From: Amoeboaphelidium protococcarum X5
Taxonomy: Eukaryota > Fungi > Aphelidiomycota
Length of the DNA stretch: 64,000 nucleotides
Reading direction: 5' to 3'
Assembly (NCBI GenBank): GCA_023515725.1
Contig: JALDTO010000164.1
Coordinates: 1 to 64,000, forward strand
Shown here: piece after piece, positions 16,108 to 28,196 of the stretch
Layout: every line of letters begins with the position of its first letter
How positions within the stretch are numbered: position 1 is the stretch's first letter
Made by a program: the position numbers and the translations under genes
The notes under the pieces: generated by a model
Database searches by the model: none
Told to the model about the DNA's origin: nothing
The model's input: the letters and a program-made list of their open reading frames with translations, nothing else

Positions 16108-17622
16108 TCAAAATGTCTCATCAATCTAGGGACATTCTGAAGTATGATGTTGAGTGCTTTAACAGATATCACACCAATCTTCAACGTCAGATAGAATGGC
16201 ATTGGCAGTCAGCATAGAGTCTGCGCATTAATCAGCCAAATGACCGATTTCACCGCAAAGAGAACATACAGTCTCCATACTCTCTGAGAATGTAATATCT
16301 TGCTACTATTAGTCTACTTAACTGATATCGATGTCGCGTTCATAGTAATGATCTTCAACGTCTACTTGGGTATCTGCAACAATCATAGATTCCACTTCCT
16401 CTTTGAATCTTTTCAATTCTTGTAGTTCATCATTAAGTCGCTATATTTACTCATTCCATTGCAACCTCTCTTGATCAAAATTCTAACGCAGATTCTCTTC
16501 CATATCCTAACAACTTATTTCCTAATTCTAAAACTTTACCTACTCATCTTTTAAAATTTGCTAACACTTTTCTACTTACTATGAAGTTACTTCCAAGTCT
16601 TGCTCCAACTTTTACACGTCTTATAATAACCTACTATTGAGGTTCTCCATTGAAGCCAACTTATCTTGCAATTTCTCAACTTCAGAATCTTTAGACTAAA
16701 TTTAAGATTGCAAAAGATCGTTCTCACTTTATAGATTCTTGTTCACAACTTTCTACGCCTCAATAGCTTTCTATTAATCAAGTATTTAAGCATTAAGCTT
16801 ATTAATTAAGTCACTCTGATCTACGAGCAAATCGCATTAAACACCAATACTAACACCCATAGACTGCTTCAGTTCATAATTATAAGACGACAGAGATACA
16901 TTATTATCATTAACCTTCGCTTTAGTTTAATCAGATTATTATTGAGATATTTACTTTGGAGGAACATGCTATAAAGACTGATTACTAACCGGAGTTGAAT
17001 GAGATATCGGAGGTTATTACTTATTAGGAGATGGAGTAGATCTACCAGCTTAAGAATTTGTATAAGAAGCAGCAGCTTATGCAGAGTTCCTGGCCAAATT
17101 AGCGTCGGATAACTTATTCTGAGACAATGATCTTATTTATGGCTACCTGATAGCACGCTAAGCTAATTTATCACTATTCAAGCCAGGAGAAGATTTACCA
17201 TTAACGAGAGAGCCAGGCTGAGGTATAAGTGTCTATTGCTGAGAATTCAGTCTAGAAAATAGTGATGTGGATTGTGATACTGAACCAGCACGGGTGGACA
17301 GAGAGGACGATGAAGATGAAGATCGCGGAATAGAAGCTCTCACTGCAGGCCCGGGAGAGTACGGCATGTCCAGAGATGATGGAATGTTGAGCACTTGTTG
17401 AGCATTTAAATCCAGAATCCTTTCATATGCGACGAATAGCCCATGACCATCAGTACAATTAAAGTATCTGACACCTTATACGGATCCGTCGTTTTTACCA
17501 CTGGCAGATTCTAATTCTATTCCCACCCAGACACCAGCCTTAAATTAAGTTTTCCCAATATATCTGATAATACCATATGCATCACTGGGTACCTTCACTC
17601 TCTACCCGACCTAAAGAGACAT
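16108..17622 (-). CDS. CLIP-170/Bik1/Tip1 family microtubule plus-end tracking protein, 504 aa
   Basis: CAP-Gly (WVGIELESASGKNDGSVQGVRYF..GLFV), Ser-rich linker, coiled coil, two CCHC knuckles, C-terminus DETF. Confidence 0.9.
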
Positions 17623-17947
17623 TACAAAAGTTACTTAAGTGTGTATCAACTTAAAATTATGCCAAATACCGTTCAAATTCAACACGCGTCCACGCTGTAT
17701 TTCATTGGAAAAGGAAAGAACCCATAAGGAACGAATTTTCAACGAGATCGAGAATAATATGATAAAGTAATCCCTCTCTATATCTCTCGCTTTACTCTTG
17801 ATAGTTAATAACAAAGGAAATATAAACTCAATCTTTTGGATAAATTACACACTAAGAACGCGCCAAAGCAACAATGGTAAGGTTCTCAACTAGATATCAA
17901 GTGGTTGCAAAATATCAAAGTCTATATTCAATCTACAATCACCGTAT

Positions 17948-19501
17948 TCATTTACTCTTCTTGTGAGCTTTGGAGATGGGCTTGTAAATGAACAGATACC
18001 CACATGCCATGATCATTAAGCATACAGAGAGAATAACAATGAACGGCACAAAGCTATCATCAAAGCCCACCATGCCGGGCAGGCGCACGTTCATGCCCCA
18101 CATTGAAGTGATCAAATTGAGTGGAATAAGAATTCCGGCGAGTGCAGTCAGTCGCGCCATTATATCATTGCTTGTATTACTAGCCTTCGTAATGTCAATG
18201 TTGATCTGAGCCAAGTAGTTTGCATGACTCCTATTCACAGTGGTATCCAAATGTACCAGCAGATCGCACAGAGCAATTACGTGATCTTATACATCTCCCA
18301 AGTACAAATTAACATCTTTCCAATGCCTGTCCGATGTAACCCTCTTCATCAGTCCACGAAGCATATCATTCTTTGGCTACAGTAGCCGCTGCATATTCAT
18401 CACCTACTTCCTTCCGAGGGCGATTCTCCTCAACATATCACTCTGATCACATGCGTTCCGCACCACAAGCACCAAATCATCAATAGCATCAACTTCCAAT
18501 TCAATATCTCGAATGATGGGAATGAACTAATCTGTAATCTGATCAATTATAGCGTACGCGATCCATCGACTATTAACATTCATGAAACTGTTCAACCCAC
18601 CCAGTCTCTTGACTACTTTTTACCTAACAATATCCACATTGATATCCTCGCAGAAATGAACCGAGATTATGAACGCATCATACACCAATACATACATCAT
18701 AACCACTTGATTCCCCACCAGCATCGAGTACGAGAGGAAAATGTAATTCTTATAATACTCCACCTTCTCACGAGCATCCTACTATATAATGTCCTCAGTC
18801 GTGAGTGGATGAACATTAAACAGACTGCCAACCACTTTGAGTTGATCATCATCGACATTACTTAAATCGAGCCAGAAATCTTTCTATGCCAGCAGTTCAA
18901 CGAGGGGAGCTTTCGTGTTGAGTTCAATCAACGATTTCGCCTGGTACTGAATCCCTTGATGCACCGCATAATAATAAATTTGAGATTAACTGATGGCTAG
19001 TTATGGCTTATTATACACGGATGATGTATTGCTGTAGCTGTTACTGTTATTGCGATAATTATCATCTTCAGAGGTGGCAGAGGACAGAAGCTTTTCAGTT
19101 GATGCCACAGCGGCCCCCTCCATGAACTCTTCAAGCTTCTTAAAGTTTATAGAAGATCGTCGCCTCAAAGGAGAAGCAAATATCTTTTATCCAAATTGAT
19201 CTGATATTGTCGAAGTTTAAGCTTTATTATTATCAGCAGCCATAGTTGTTGATGCTGGATACGTATCCTTCTATTAAAAGTAATCCTGCGACACGGTAGA
19301 CTATTAAACTGACTAACTGTCCACTTCATCTTCAAGATAATGTATGCCCATAGGAGTGACCACCTCTTCAAATGGATTACTGCTGATATTATTATTTTTC
19401 GGAGGAGAACTTGAGGTTATGACAATATGCACATGCTAATTAGGATCCTCAGTATTCATCTTATCCTTACTTCCACCAAAAACGACATTTTCATCATTCA
19501 T
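17948..19501 (-). CDS. CorA-family Mg2+ transporter (ALR1/MNR2-like); start may be 19459
   Basis: FWLD..FNVHPLTTEDI, WIAYAIIDQITD, LYLGDVQDH, RSHANYLAQINI, ITSMWGMNV (GMN motif) plus 2 TM helices. Confidence 0.92.
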
Positions 19502-19912
19502 TTCTACCAAGTATTCTTTTTAAACTCTTATTTATTATCAATACTTTTAATAAGAATAATGTTTATATAATATCTTTCTGAGTAATTAATGACAAGTGCC
19601 TCTGTATAATAAAAGTTCCAATGGTCAAATTTGGCTTTTGAAGAACAGAAAGAAAGGAAAGAGTAACGGTAATTCTTTTCTCCCTTTCCTCTCTCTCTCT
19701 ATCTCGCTCTCTTGTTCGTTCTATCTCGGATTTTCTATTCCTCTACTGCTCCATCCATCAGTCTGGTTGTGTCATCAGAAGGGAATCATTTATCATTCAT
19801 TATTAAAGTAACTTAAAGTTATTTACGCGAACTTTGCTTATTGTTTCTTGTCTAGTATTGAACTTATAGTTCCCTCCTACCATACAATAAAAGATAACTC
19901 TGATAGAAGAAT

Positions 19913-21631
19913 ATGTCGCATTTACCTCAACCTTTGAATGGATAGTTTACGAATGGACGTAGGCCGCCTGGTGGTGGATATGCCAAGTTTGATTATCTTG
20001 ATCGAACCTAGGATGGGAATAGTAACAATAATAATGACGGTGATAATGGTGATAGCAGCAGGAAGAAGAGTGCTCAGTAGCGAAGGACTGTAGATTATAA
20101 TTGTCTTATTGCTCGATGGATTCAGGATAGAAGTGTGCTGAGTAATGTTCATGGAGGTCATAGAGGCTATTTCAGGTAACCGCATTCTCATTATATCATC
20201 AACTTTCATCATCCTCATGCAGAGGGTGCGCGTTCTGCTCAGACGAGAGCTGAGTATATGAATACTAAATATATCCATACATCGATTAACAAGATTCGTA
20301 CACCGATCAATGTGGTCCGGTGGACTCTGGATGGGCGTCGGATAGTTAGTGGATGTGTGAGTGGAGAAATTACTCTGTGGAATGGCTCGCAATTCAATTT
20401 TGAGTCTATCATTTAAGGCCATGATGCGGCGATCCGGAGCATGGAATGGGTAAAGACCAACAGTTCCATTAGTACAGACTTTGACATGTTTATAGCTTGT
20501 GACCAGACTGGTATTATAAAGTACTGGCAGTCGAACTTGAATTGTGTAAAGAGTATTACGGGTATAGTGAATGAACCCATCAGAGGATTGTCTGTGGCGC
20601 CGTCTGATTTAAAATTCTGTATCGGCAGTGATGATTCCACGGTGCGTATATTCGACTTGTTCACTGCCCAGGAGGAGAAGGTTTGGATTAAACACGGCTG
20701 GGATGTTAAAGTTGTAAATTGGCATCCGCGTAAGGCTCTTATTGCCTCTGGTAGTAAAGATAATATGATTAAATTGTGGGATCCTCGGCAAGATGATGAG
20801 CTGACAACCATACACGGGCATAAGAACACTGTGCTGGGCCTAGAGTTTTGTCCACACGATGATAATCTCCTACTGGCCGGCAGTAGAGATGGCATGATAC
20901 GTGTGTATGACTTGCGTACCATGAAACCTCTCCACTCGATTGATTTTAATAAGGTTTATAATGGATTCGACACGTCAGAGTCTGCTGTTGGGGATAGCTA
21001 CAAACTAGCGCCCCACTCTACACTTACACAGAATAGAGAGATAACAGCTGTGCGATGGCATAACGCTATACCTGGAATATTCACTGTGGGTACATCACTG
21101 GGATCGATTCATCATTTTGATCTCAATATTGGACAGTTTCCAAATACGAATGAGAATGGATTCTACTCCAATGGACAGATGGGGTCAATTGAGATTGCTC
21201 ATGAATCTTGTGTATGGTCTCTAGACTATCATCCTCTTGGACACATCCTCGCCAGTGGAGGTAACGATTGTTATGTGCGGTTCTGGTCTAGAGCTAAACT
21301 GGGAACTGTCTATGGCGTCGGCGATGGTTATGTGGGCGATGAAGAGGTACTGACCGTGGGAATGTTTGGTGGCAAAGGTTAGTATCAAGGATTTGATTAG
21401 TAGAATCAGGCTGGTAAGAAGGCACAGGCTAATTAACGATATCAAGGACCCAACTCTGTGTAATAGCCTTACAGAAGTTAGAATTACGGCCAGTCTTATT
21501 AGCGACCACAAGGCGGTCATCAATAATAGCAGAACTAAAATCAAAGAGGATATCAGTTCTCTTAATAATCTTAGAATAGATTTAACAACAATCCACAGCA
21601 AAAGTTCTAACAATAACGAAGATAATACTGA
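19913..21631 (+). CDS. PFS2: Polyadenylation factor subunit 2 / WDR33 (WD40) with Q/N/Y/G-rich tail
   Basis: RRTVDY, NTKYIHTSINK, GEITLWNGSQFNFESIIQGHD, HGWDVKVVNWHP..LIASGSKDN, VWSLDYHPLGHILASGGND..RFWSR. Confidence 0.95.
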
Positions 21632-21762
21632 TTCTTGATGATTAAAATATGATTTTTAATCTCAAATGTCGTTTTAAATATTTTCAAGTATAATCTTATA
21701 ACACTATAGTATTTATTGCACAAAGTATATCAGTCAACTCACTTGATCATCAAATTAATCAG

Positions 21763-22305
21763 TCAGTCATCAGGTAATTGAGAAAAGTCAAAGCCAGGCA
21801 CCTTCTTCCAGGCGAGATACGCTATACGAGTGTAATAAAATCCAGGTATAAATAAAAGAGCACCTATTATTAGCGATGTAATTCTCATCTGAGCCAGAGT
21901 ACTTGATGAATCAGATTCTAAGGAGCCTATTATGCCCAGAAGCAGAAACACAATTCCGCCAATGAACAGAGCCACCGCTTATATGATGGTCTTCTTTGGC
22001 AAAGGACTGTCCCTACTAGCTGTGCGCCACGGCATATTTCGGTTCACTCCATATTGTGGTTACATTGCCGAGCTTGCTACGCCAATAGAACTGAATTTAT
22101 TACTCTCATACATTTGATCGTTTGATCGCTTCTCCTTCAGAACATCTCCATATGATCCTTAGTACTAAGACTACTGCTATTGAACCATTGGGGCAGATTA
22201 TCTAGATAAAGAATTCTATCTCTATGCGGACAGGTGCAGAGGGAAGTCTTATTGTTTCAAGTTGAAGCTTTTCCCACTTTTATCGCTTCCGCTCGCCGGC
22301 GTCAT
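21763..22305 (-). CDS. TMEM230/TMEM134 (DUF872)-like two-TM protein; start uncertain
   Basis: PKKTIIQAVALFIGG..IIGALLFIPGFYYTRIAYLAWKKVPGFDFSQLPDD. Confidence 0.8.
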
Positions 22306-22497
22306 TTCTCCCCGTTCGGATAGTCGTTGTTGTTTTCAAGGAGAAAGAGTGGAACGGTGTTGTTGTCGCTGTAACGTATCTGCACTGAATGTGTCGCCAA
22401 GATAATTAGGACATATCAAGTCACCATTTATAATAGGAAAAATCAATTCAACTTGTTAAATGATAAATTCTATTAAATTGATTATAGCAGGTGGTAT

Positions 22498-23781
22498 TCA
22501 ACTTTACTGCTACTGCGGAACTTTAGCGGGATTACTTTCAAAGTTTCGAAGAGCGTCCACCATCTTTTTGATATCGACGCACTTTTAGTGAAGAATCTTT
22601 GCCGCGTCAATTACAATATCATACGGCTCATCATAGACACCAGTGCTTTCGACATTGAAGATGAAATAATCAGTCTTACGGCCGAGCTTGACTTTATCTG
22701 CCAGGTTGGCGTGTCGAAATACCTCTCTCGTAACAGTATCATCTCTGGCATTGGCAACGTAGGCGCGATCTCTTTCCACGCCATCAACTTTGACGCGTTC
22801 AATCTCAATAACACCGCGTGGGAAACACTTTTACAACTGATGAGCGTCCTCGTCATAGACATCCTATACTATTTCCACGGTAGGTAGTAGGCGATACGAG
22901 GCAATGGACACTGGACTAAACTTGGCGTGATCCAAACCGATACCCTTCATAGCATACAGATCGATCGAGATAGACTAGTTGGCACCCAGTTTATCCAGTA
23001 CAACATCTGGGAATACTGGTCTGACTGCATATTTAATGTGAGGCGGGAGCTCGTCATACTCTGCCAGAGAATCGGAAATGGCTTTATGCTCAGGCTTATT
23101 GTTCGCCTATTCAACGTATGCGACAAACTCTTCAGCCTTCTTCTTCCAATAGTCAGCAAATAGACCAACACCACGCTATTCTTCCAGCTCCTACTAAGCC
23201 TGTTAAAAGTAAGATACCTAATCAGCATACGGAATCCATCTCATTTGAACCGCAGTGACATTCTCACTCTGGTAAAATCTGAGCTACTTCTTACTTCTAA
23301 CATTGGCCACACTGGAAGCTGGGCCTCCAGCAGTGGTGTTGCCTAGATGAGGAGGTGCAGCGATATATCTCAACTTGAACACCAGCGTGTTTCTATCAGT
23401 ATTAGGCTCATCGGGATTAGTCTCTGGATCAGATTCTCGGTATGGATCACGGATGAATTAGAAGAGGTGTGGATTATGCTTGATCGGAGTAAGTCCAATT
23501 CTATGCGCCAGGAGTTCATCAGCCATCACACCAGTGTTATCAGTGAAAAAGCATTTCTCAATACACATCGTCGGCACTTCACCAATCATAATACGTCTGA
23601 TAGCGTTGGCAAATGACGCGTCAACACCGACTAGATCAAATTAAAATGCTTCCGGAGAGCAAAACTTGTAAGTGAGCTAAACTCTATCCTTAAATCTATC
23701 CGAGAATGGTGCATCACTTTGAGCGGTGGTGCATTTCTCGGTAGATATATGATCCGCATGTAGATTGACTTTATTGGTCAT
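22498..23781 (-). CDS. RPC40: RNA polymerase I/III subunit AC40
   Basis: [82 protein letters not shown]. Confidence 0.95.
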
Positions 23782-24093
23782 TTTTTAGAATTTTTTCTCG
23801 ATTTCACAGTCAAAGATTGTTCAAGCGAAAAGCCTCTCAATCTCTCCTCACTCTCTCTGTCTCTCTCAGCAAAAAAATGTTAAACGGAAAGAGTAAAGCG
23901 ACGCCAACGAAATCAAGGGGTTCTTCTCTCTCAAGGAATTTCATCGGCTCAAATCAGGGGGGTTTATCCGCATCTCTTTACTCAATTCAGACTTTTTTGT
24001 CAACCAACTTCTTTATTGTTGTGTGGGCTTTTTCTTACCTCTAGTATTTATTGACCATTTCATCCTTTAAAATTTCTGGTAATCTAATAAAGT

Positions 24094-24762
24094 ATGCAAA
24101 AGAAGTACGACTCTGTGGTGGCTAAATTGTTTTTGCTGATCTTGAACGTTTTCACTGCCCTCATCGGTGCTGGTATTTTGGCTGTCTCGATTTATGCATT
24201 GATTGCTCCTGCCGATGCAGTGCTGTCCAAAGCGACTATTCCTGAGTCTTATAGCATTGGCGGTATAGTCATTGGTGGTTTTATGCTGCTGACTGCTTTC
24301 GTTGGATGCTTTGGCTCCAGATCTAGAGGTGTGCTTTTGCTGTATGTGTTTCTTCTCTTGATTTTGATTGCTGGCCAAGTTGCGTTGGGTGTGCTGATTG
24401 CTCGTGGAAATATTAATATCCGCGATGCTGCTTCTGAATTCTGGGGTAACTGGAGTACTGAGCAGCGTGCTAATTTCCAGAATGCTAGGGATTGTTGTGG
24501 CTTTGAATCTGTTATTGACCGTCAGGCGGTAACTGAGCAGTGCCCAGCGATCGGCATTACCACAAGACCTGCTTGTTTCCCACTTCTTGAGCAGCAGTAC
24601 CAGGATTCTCGTAAAACTATCTACATTGTCCTTTTTGCACTAGGTGGTTTCGAAGTGTTGGCTCTTTTTGGATGCTTGTTGATGCTGTGTGGATGTTGCG
24701 GCTAGACAACTTATCGCAAGGAATTGGAGGCTGCTCACAGTTTGAACAGGAACTATTAGTGA
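24094..24762 (+). CDS. Tetraspanin, 222 aa
   Basis: Four TM helices; EC2 loop with DCCGF...QCP...PACFP. Confidence 0.9.
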
Positions 24763-25013
24763 ATATTAGTGGGTGAATAATGAATCGAGTTTTGAAATTC
24801 AGTTTTCAGTTATATTTTGATGAATCTAAAAAAGATCTTTACATGTTACAAGTAACGCGTGATCTCAAGAGCTAACATCTTGATTGGCTTGGCGAGTGGA
24901 AAGTACGACGCTATCAGATTATTAGTGACGAAAGTGACTTATTCTTTTATAATTGTTTCTATTGTCCAGTATATTCATTACTAGCATTAAAATTTATTCT
25001 TAATTATATACTT

Positions 25014-25667
25014 ATGGCGCTAGAAATGTCTGTTAAATTACTGCAAAACAGGGATAATAAACTGATTGCCGCTTTGTTGTTTCAAACGCTCGTCTCGGCT
25101 CAAGATTTATCATTGTTCAACAACAACACTGTGTTAGACCCTTTGCTGGCATGGCCACCTATTCTTCTCGATAAACCAATGCCCACTGGCGAAGGCTTCG
25201 GTGATTAATGTGGCATTTACAAGAATTGCCCATCTGGTCAATGCTGCTCTTCATGAAATTACTGCGGCTCTTCGGAGCTGCATTGTTACGCGCCATTATG
25301 TGTCTCTGGCTCATGCTCCCAGATTACGTTCAGTGCTGCTAGGCCGGCACTGTTCAGTGGTGCTGAGTGTGGAGTACAGGCAAATGGCAAGAAATGCTCC
25401 AAGGGCTGCTGTTCAATAAATGGATTCTGTGGTGTCACAGAGGACTACTGCGGAGTAGGCAGATGCTAAGGTGGAGGATGTAATGATCCTCTGAATGATC
25501 CGCCATATCTCAAAAATACTTCAACCGCGATTGAGTTGATTCCCAAACCTGAAAACAATTCCACCTCGAGTTCTAATGCTGAATCACGACAATCTTAATT
25601 TACATAGACATTATACTTATAGACTTTAATGTGGATCCTTATACTAACGTATTATACAGTTCGATGA
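25014..25667 (+). pseudogene. Two-domain hevein/CBM18 chitin-binding, GPI-type surface protein with one in-frame TGA at 25254-25256
   Basis: QCGIYKNCPSGQCCSS*NYCGSSELHC and ECGVQANGKKCSKGCCSINGFCGVTEDYCG, plus signal-like N-terminus and hydrophobic C-terminus. Confidence 0.75.
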
Positions 25668-26106
25668 TGATTAGCAAATGAATGATGAATATATTGAGTA
25701 CTTTGAATGGAACAGATTTTCTGCGTTCTTTAGATAACGCTTCTCTTTTAGATCCGCGATCATCAATAGTGTTTTACTGTACTTTTGCGTTTAATGGGAG
25801 GAATTTAACTGATCACAGATTTTAGATTTGAGTATGCTGCTTTTGAGTATCATCAATAGCTATCAGAATGATTTCTAATGCATCGATCTTTTACCGCGAT
25901 ACTATTCGCAACTAAATTTGTGTAACGTTAAATCACAAGGTGACGTGTAACATAGTGACTGCTCGTGTAACGTTACAGCTGCATTGGCGTATGACCGTTA
26001 TTAAGTTCACCGCGGTTTACAATCTCTTCTTTTCCTCTTTGTTATACAAATCTAATCGATTGAATAAAGTATATATAAAGTATAATAGAATCTAATAAAC
26101 TAAGCA

Positions 26107-26715
26107 ATGATGAAATCTGTAATTGTGTCAATCTTGATCGCTGCCTTGTCGCGCGCTGTTCCTGTTTACTAGCCTTTGGATCAGCAGCCTGGCGATAATC
26201 CTACTCTTTTGGGCCATTCTCCAGGCATTGGTGTGGAGCTGACCACGCAAACTATTGCTCCATAGTTTTCGCTGTTGCAAATCTTCCGCACTGATGGTGT
26301 ATCAGTTGATCATGAAGGCAATCTGATCCACTATCCGAAGAAGTATGCTAATATGCCGATGACCTGTGATGGCATAGCCACTGCTGGTACTATCTGGCAG
26401 GAGCGATCTGAGGTCACTAATGTTTATGCTGAGTTCAAGGACATGGCGTATAAAATTGGATTCTCTGCCAACGCGTCTGAGCCATTCACTCTGACCAGAT
26501 ATGACCGTATGGTGGTCATGCCAGAGTAGCTGGAGAAAATTCAGAATGCTCTAAACAAAGCCAGTGAATCCATCAACTCTTCCGCTCCTGCGCCTGCCAC
26601 TACGGAATAGGAAGTTTGTGAGGTTCGCCTTGATGAAAACTGGGCAACTCTCGTGAACAAGGTTGGCTGTGCATTTGCCAACAATGAAGTTGATACTTAT
26701 CGCAAATCCGACTGA
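26107..26715 (+). CDS. Secreted protein of unknown function, 202 aa
   Basis: Signal peptide MMKSVIVSILIAALSRAVP; open to TGA 26713-26715; coding-like codon usage. Confidence 0.75.
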
Positions 26716-26868
26716 TTGATGATGAGAATAATATTTTTGACTAATGAAAATAATAATATGAATGAATAACAATTTGTTTCAGAGGCGCCATACTTTTAAT
26801 TCAGTTTTTTTTATTCTCTTATCAGGCAGGCATCAATTAGCCTTCCTTTAAACAAAGATTGTCCTTAA

Positions 26869-27996
26869 ATGTTCTTATCCGATCGAGCGAGGCTCATTAA
26901 AGACACGATTGTTCTTGAAGACGTTTGTAAGAACGCGAAATAGCAAATGACGACTGAATTCAAGAGTAAGATTGTAGTGAGAAGGCTTCCGCCTAATTTA
27001 CCCGAGTCTGCATTTAAACCAACCATATAATAATGGATGTCTAGAGTAAATTATTTCCGTTATTGTCCTGGCTCATTGGTGAGTGAAGGTGTCAATTAGC
27101 ATAGCAGGGCATACTTGAATTTTGTTGATTCCCAATCTGTGATAGAGTTCTCGCGTGTTTTCAATGGCTGGCAGTTTAGAAATAAATAAGGTTAAGTTCA
27201 CGTTGCTGTAGTTGAATATGCGCCGTGTTAAGATGTTCCACTGGGTGATCAAGTCGTAGATGATGCTTATAAGATCATGTCTGCAGGCGAGTTTGAAAAG
27301 CATGCCTCTGAATCTATGCCGGATTATATGAAATTCATTCTTAATCTCAAAGATCTCAGTTAAGGTATCTCCCCTCTGTATGCTGGTATATCTACAGAAA
27401 TTGCCGACAAGAAGACTGAACCTGTTAATGAAGAGAAATCACCCGTAAAGACGCCCCTACTGCAGTTTATCACTTAGAGAATATCGTCAAAGTAATCTAA
27501 GAAGAGTAGGAAGAAGGATAAGAAGAAGAAATCTGGTGCTACCAAGGATGGTATTATTTAGCAGAAGAGTGTAAAGTAAGGATCTTAGAATTCCAAGTAG
27601 ACTAAAGATACGTAGAATCAGTCTCAGAGTGGAGGTAACTAATAATCGTCTTCAGTTACATCGGCCTCTCAACCGGCAAGAGGATCGGTTTTGAAGATTC
27701 CGAGTGAGAAACGTTAAAACCGCGGTCGTGGCAAAGGACGTGTTGGCGCTAATGTTGGCGGTAATATGGATGGTGTTTAATCAATACCAAACTCTTTAGA
27801 AAATACTCTGAAATAATAGCAGCAACAGTAGCAGAAATAGTAGAAACGACAAGACACTAGTAATAATAAAAGTTAGGAAACTTCAGACACGTAGCATAAC
27901 CATCCACGTAATAAGTCTTAAAGAGGGAGGGGTAGAGGCAGAGGAAGAGGAAGAGGCGGTGGGCCAAAGTCTGGCGGTCCAAGTGAATAGACATGA
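26869..27996 (+). CDS. UPF3: Nonsense-mediated decay factor Upf3
   Basis: SKIVVRRLPPNLPE, HSRAYLNF, FNGWQFRNKQG..AVVEYAPCQ, KTPLLQFI, K/Q/RG-rich tail. Confidence 0.92.
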
Positions 27997-28196
27997 TTCT
28001 CCGAGTAAATCTTCTACCGTGTATGAATTTATCATCTTTAGTATCTCTTTTCACAATGTGATCTTATCGTTCTCGATCACCGCTCCAAAATTGTTTCGTC
28101 TTTCTTGATTTGGAGTGTTTCATCGCCTGCAACTTTCCGTTTTCTTATCGAGTTTTGTGAAACCGTTTCTGCATTACATCTTCAAAAATTGAAACA

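Noticed and set aside
19681-19730. CT-rich tracts (also about 17770 and 23840) as repeats or mobile elements
   Set aside because: Short pyrimidine-rich promoter sequence with no terminal repeats or transposase
25254-25256. Selenocysteine reading of the CBM18 TGA
   Set aside because: The position is aromatic (Trp) rather than Cys in the hevein consensus, and I could not identify a SECIS element
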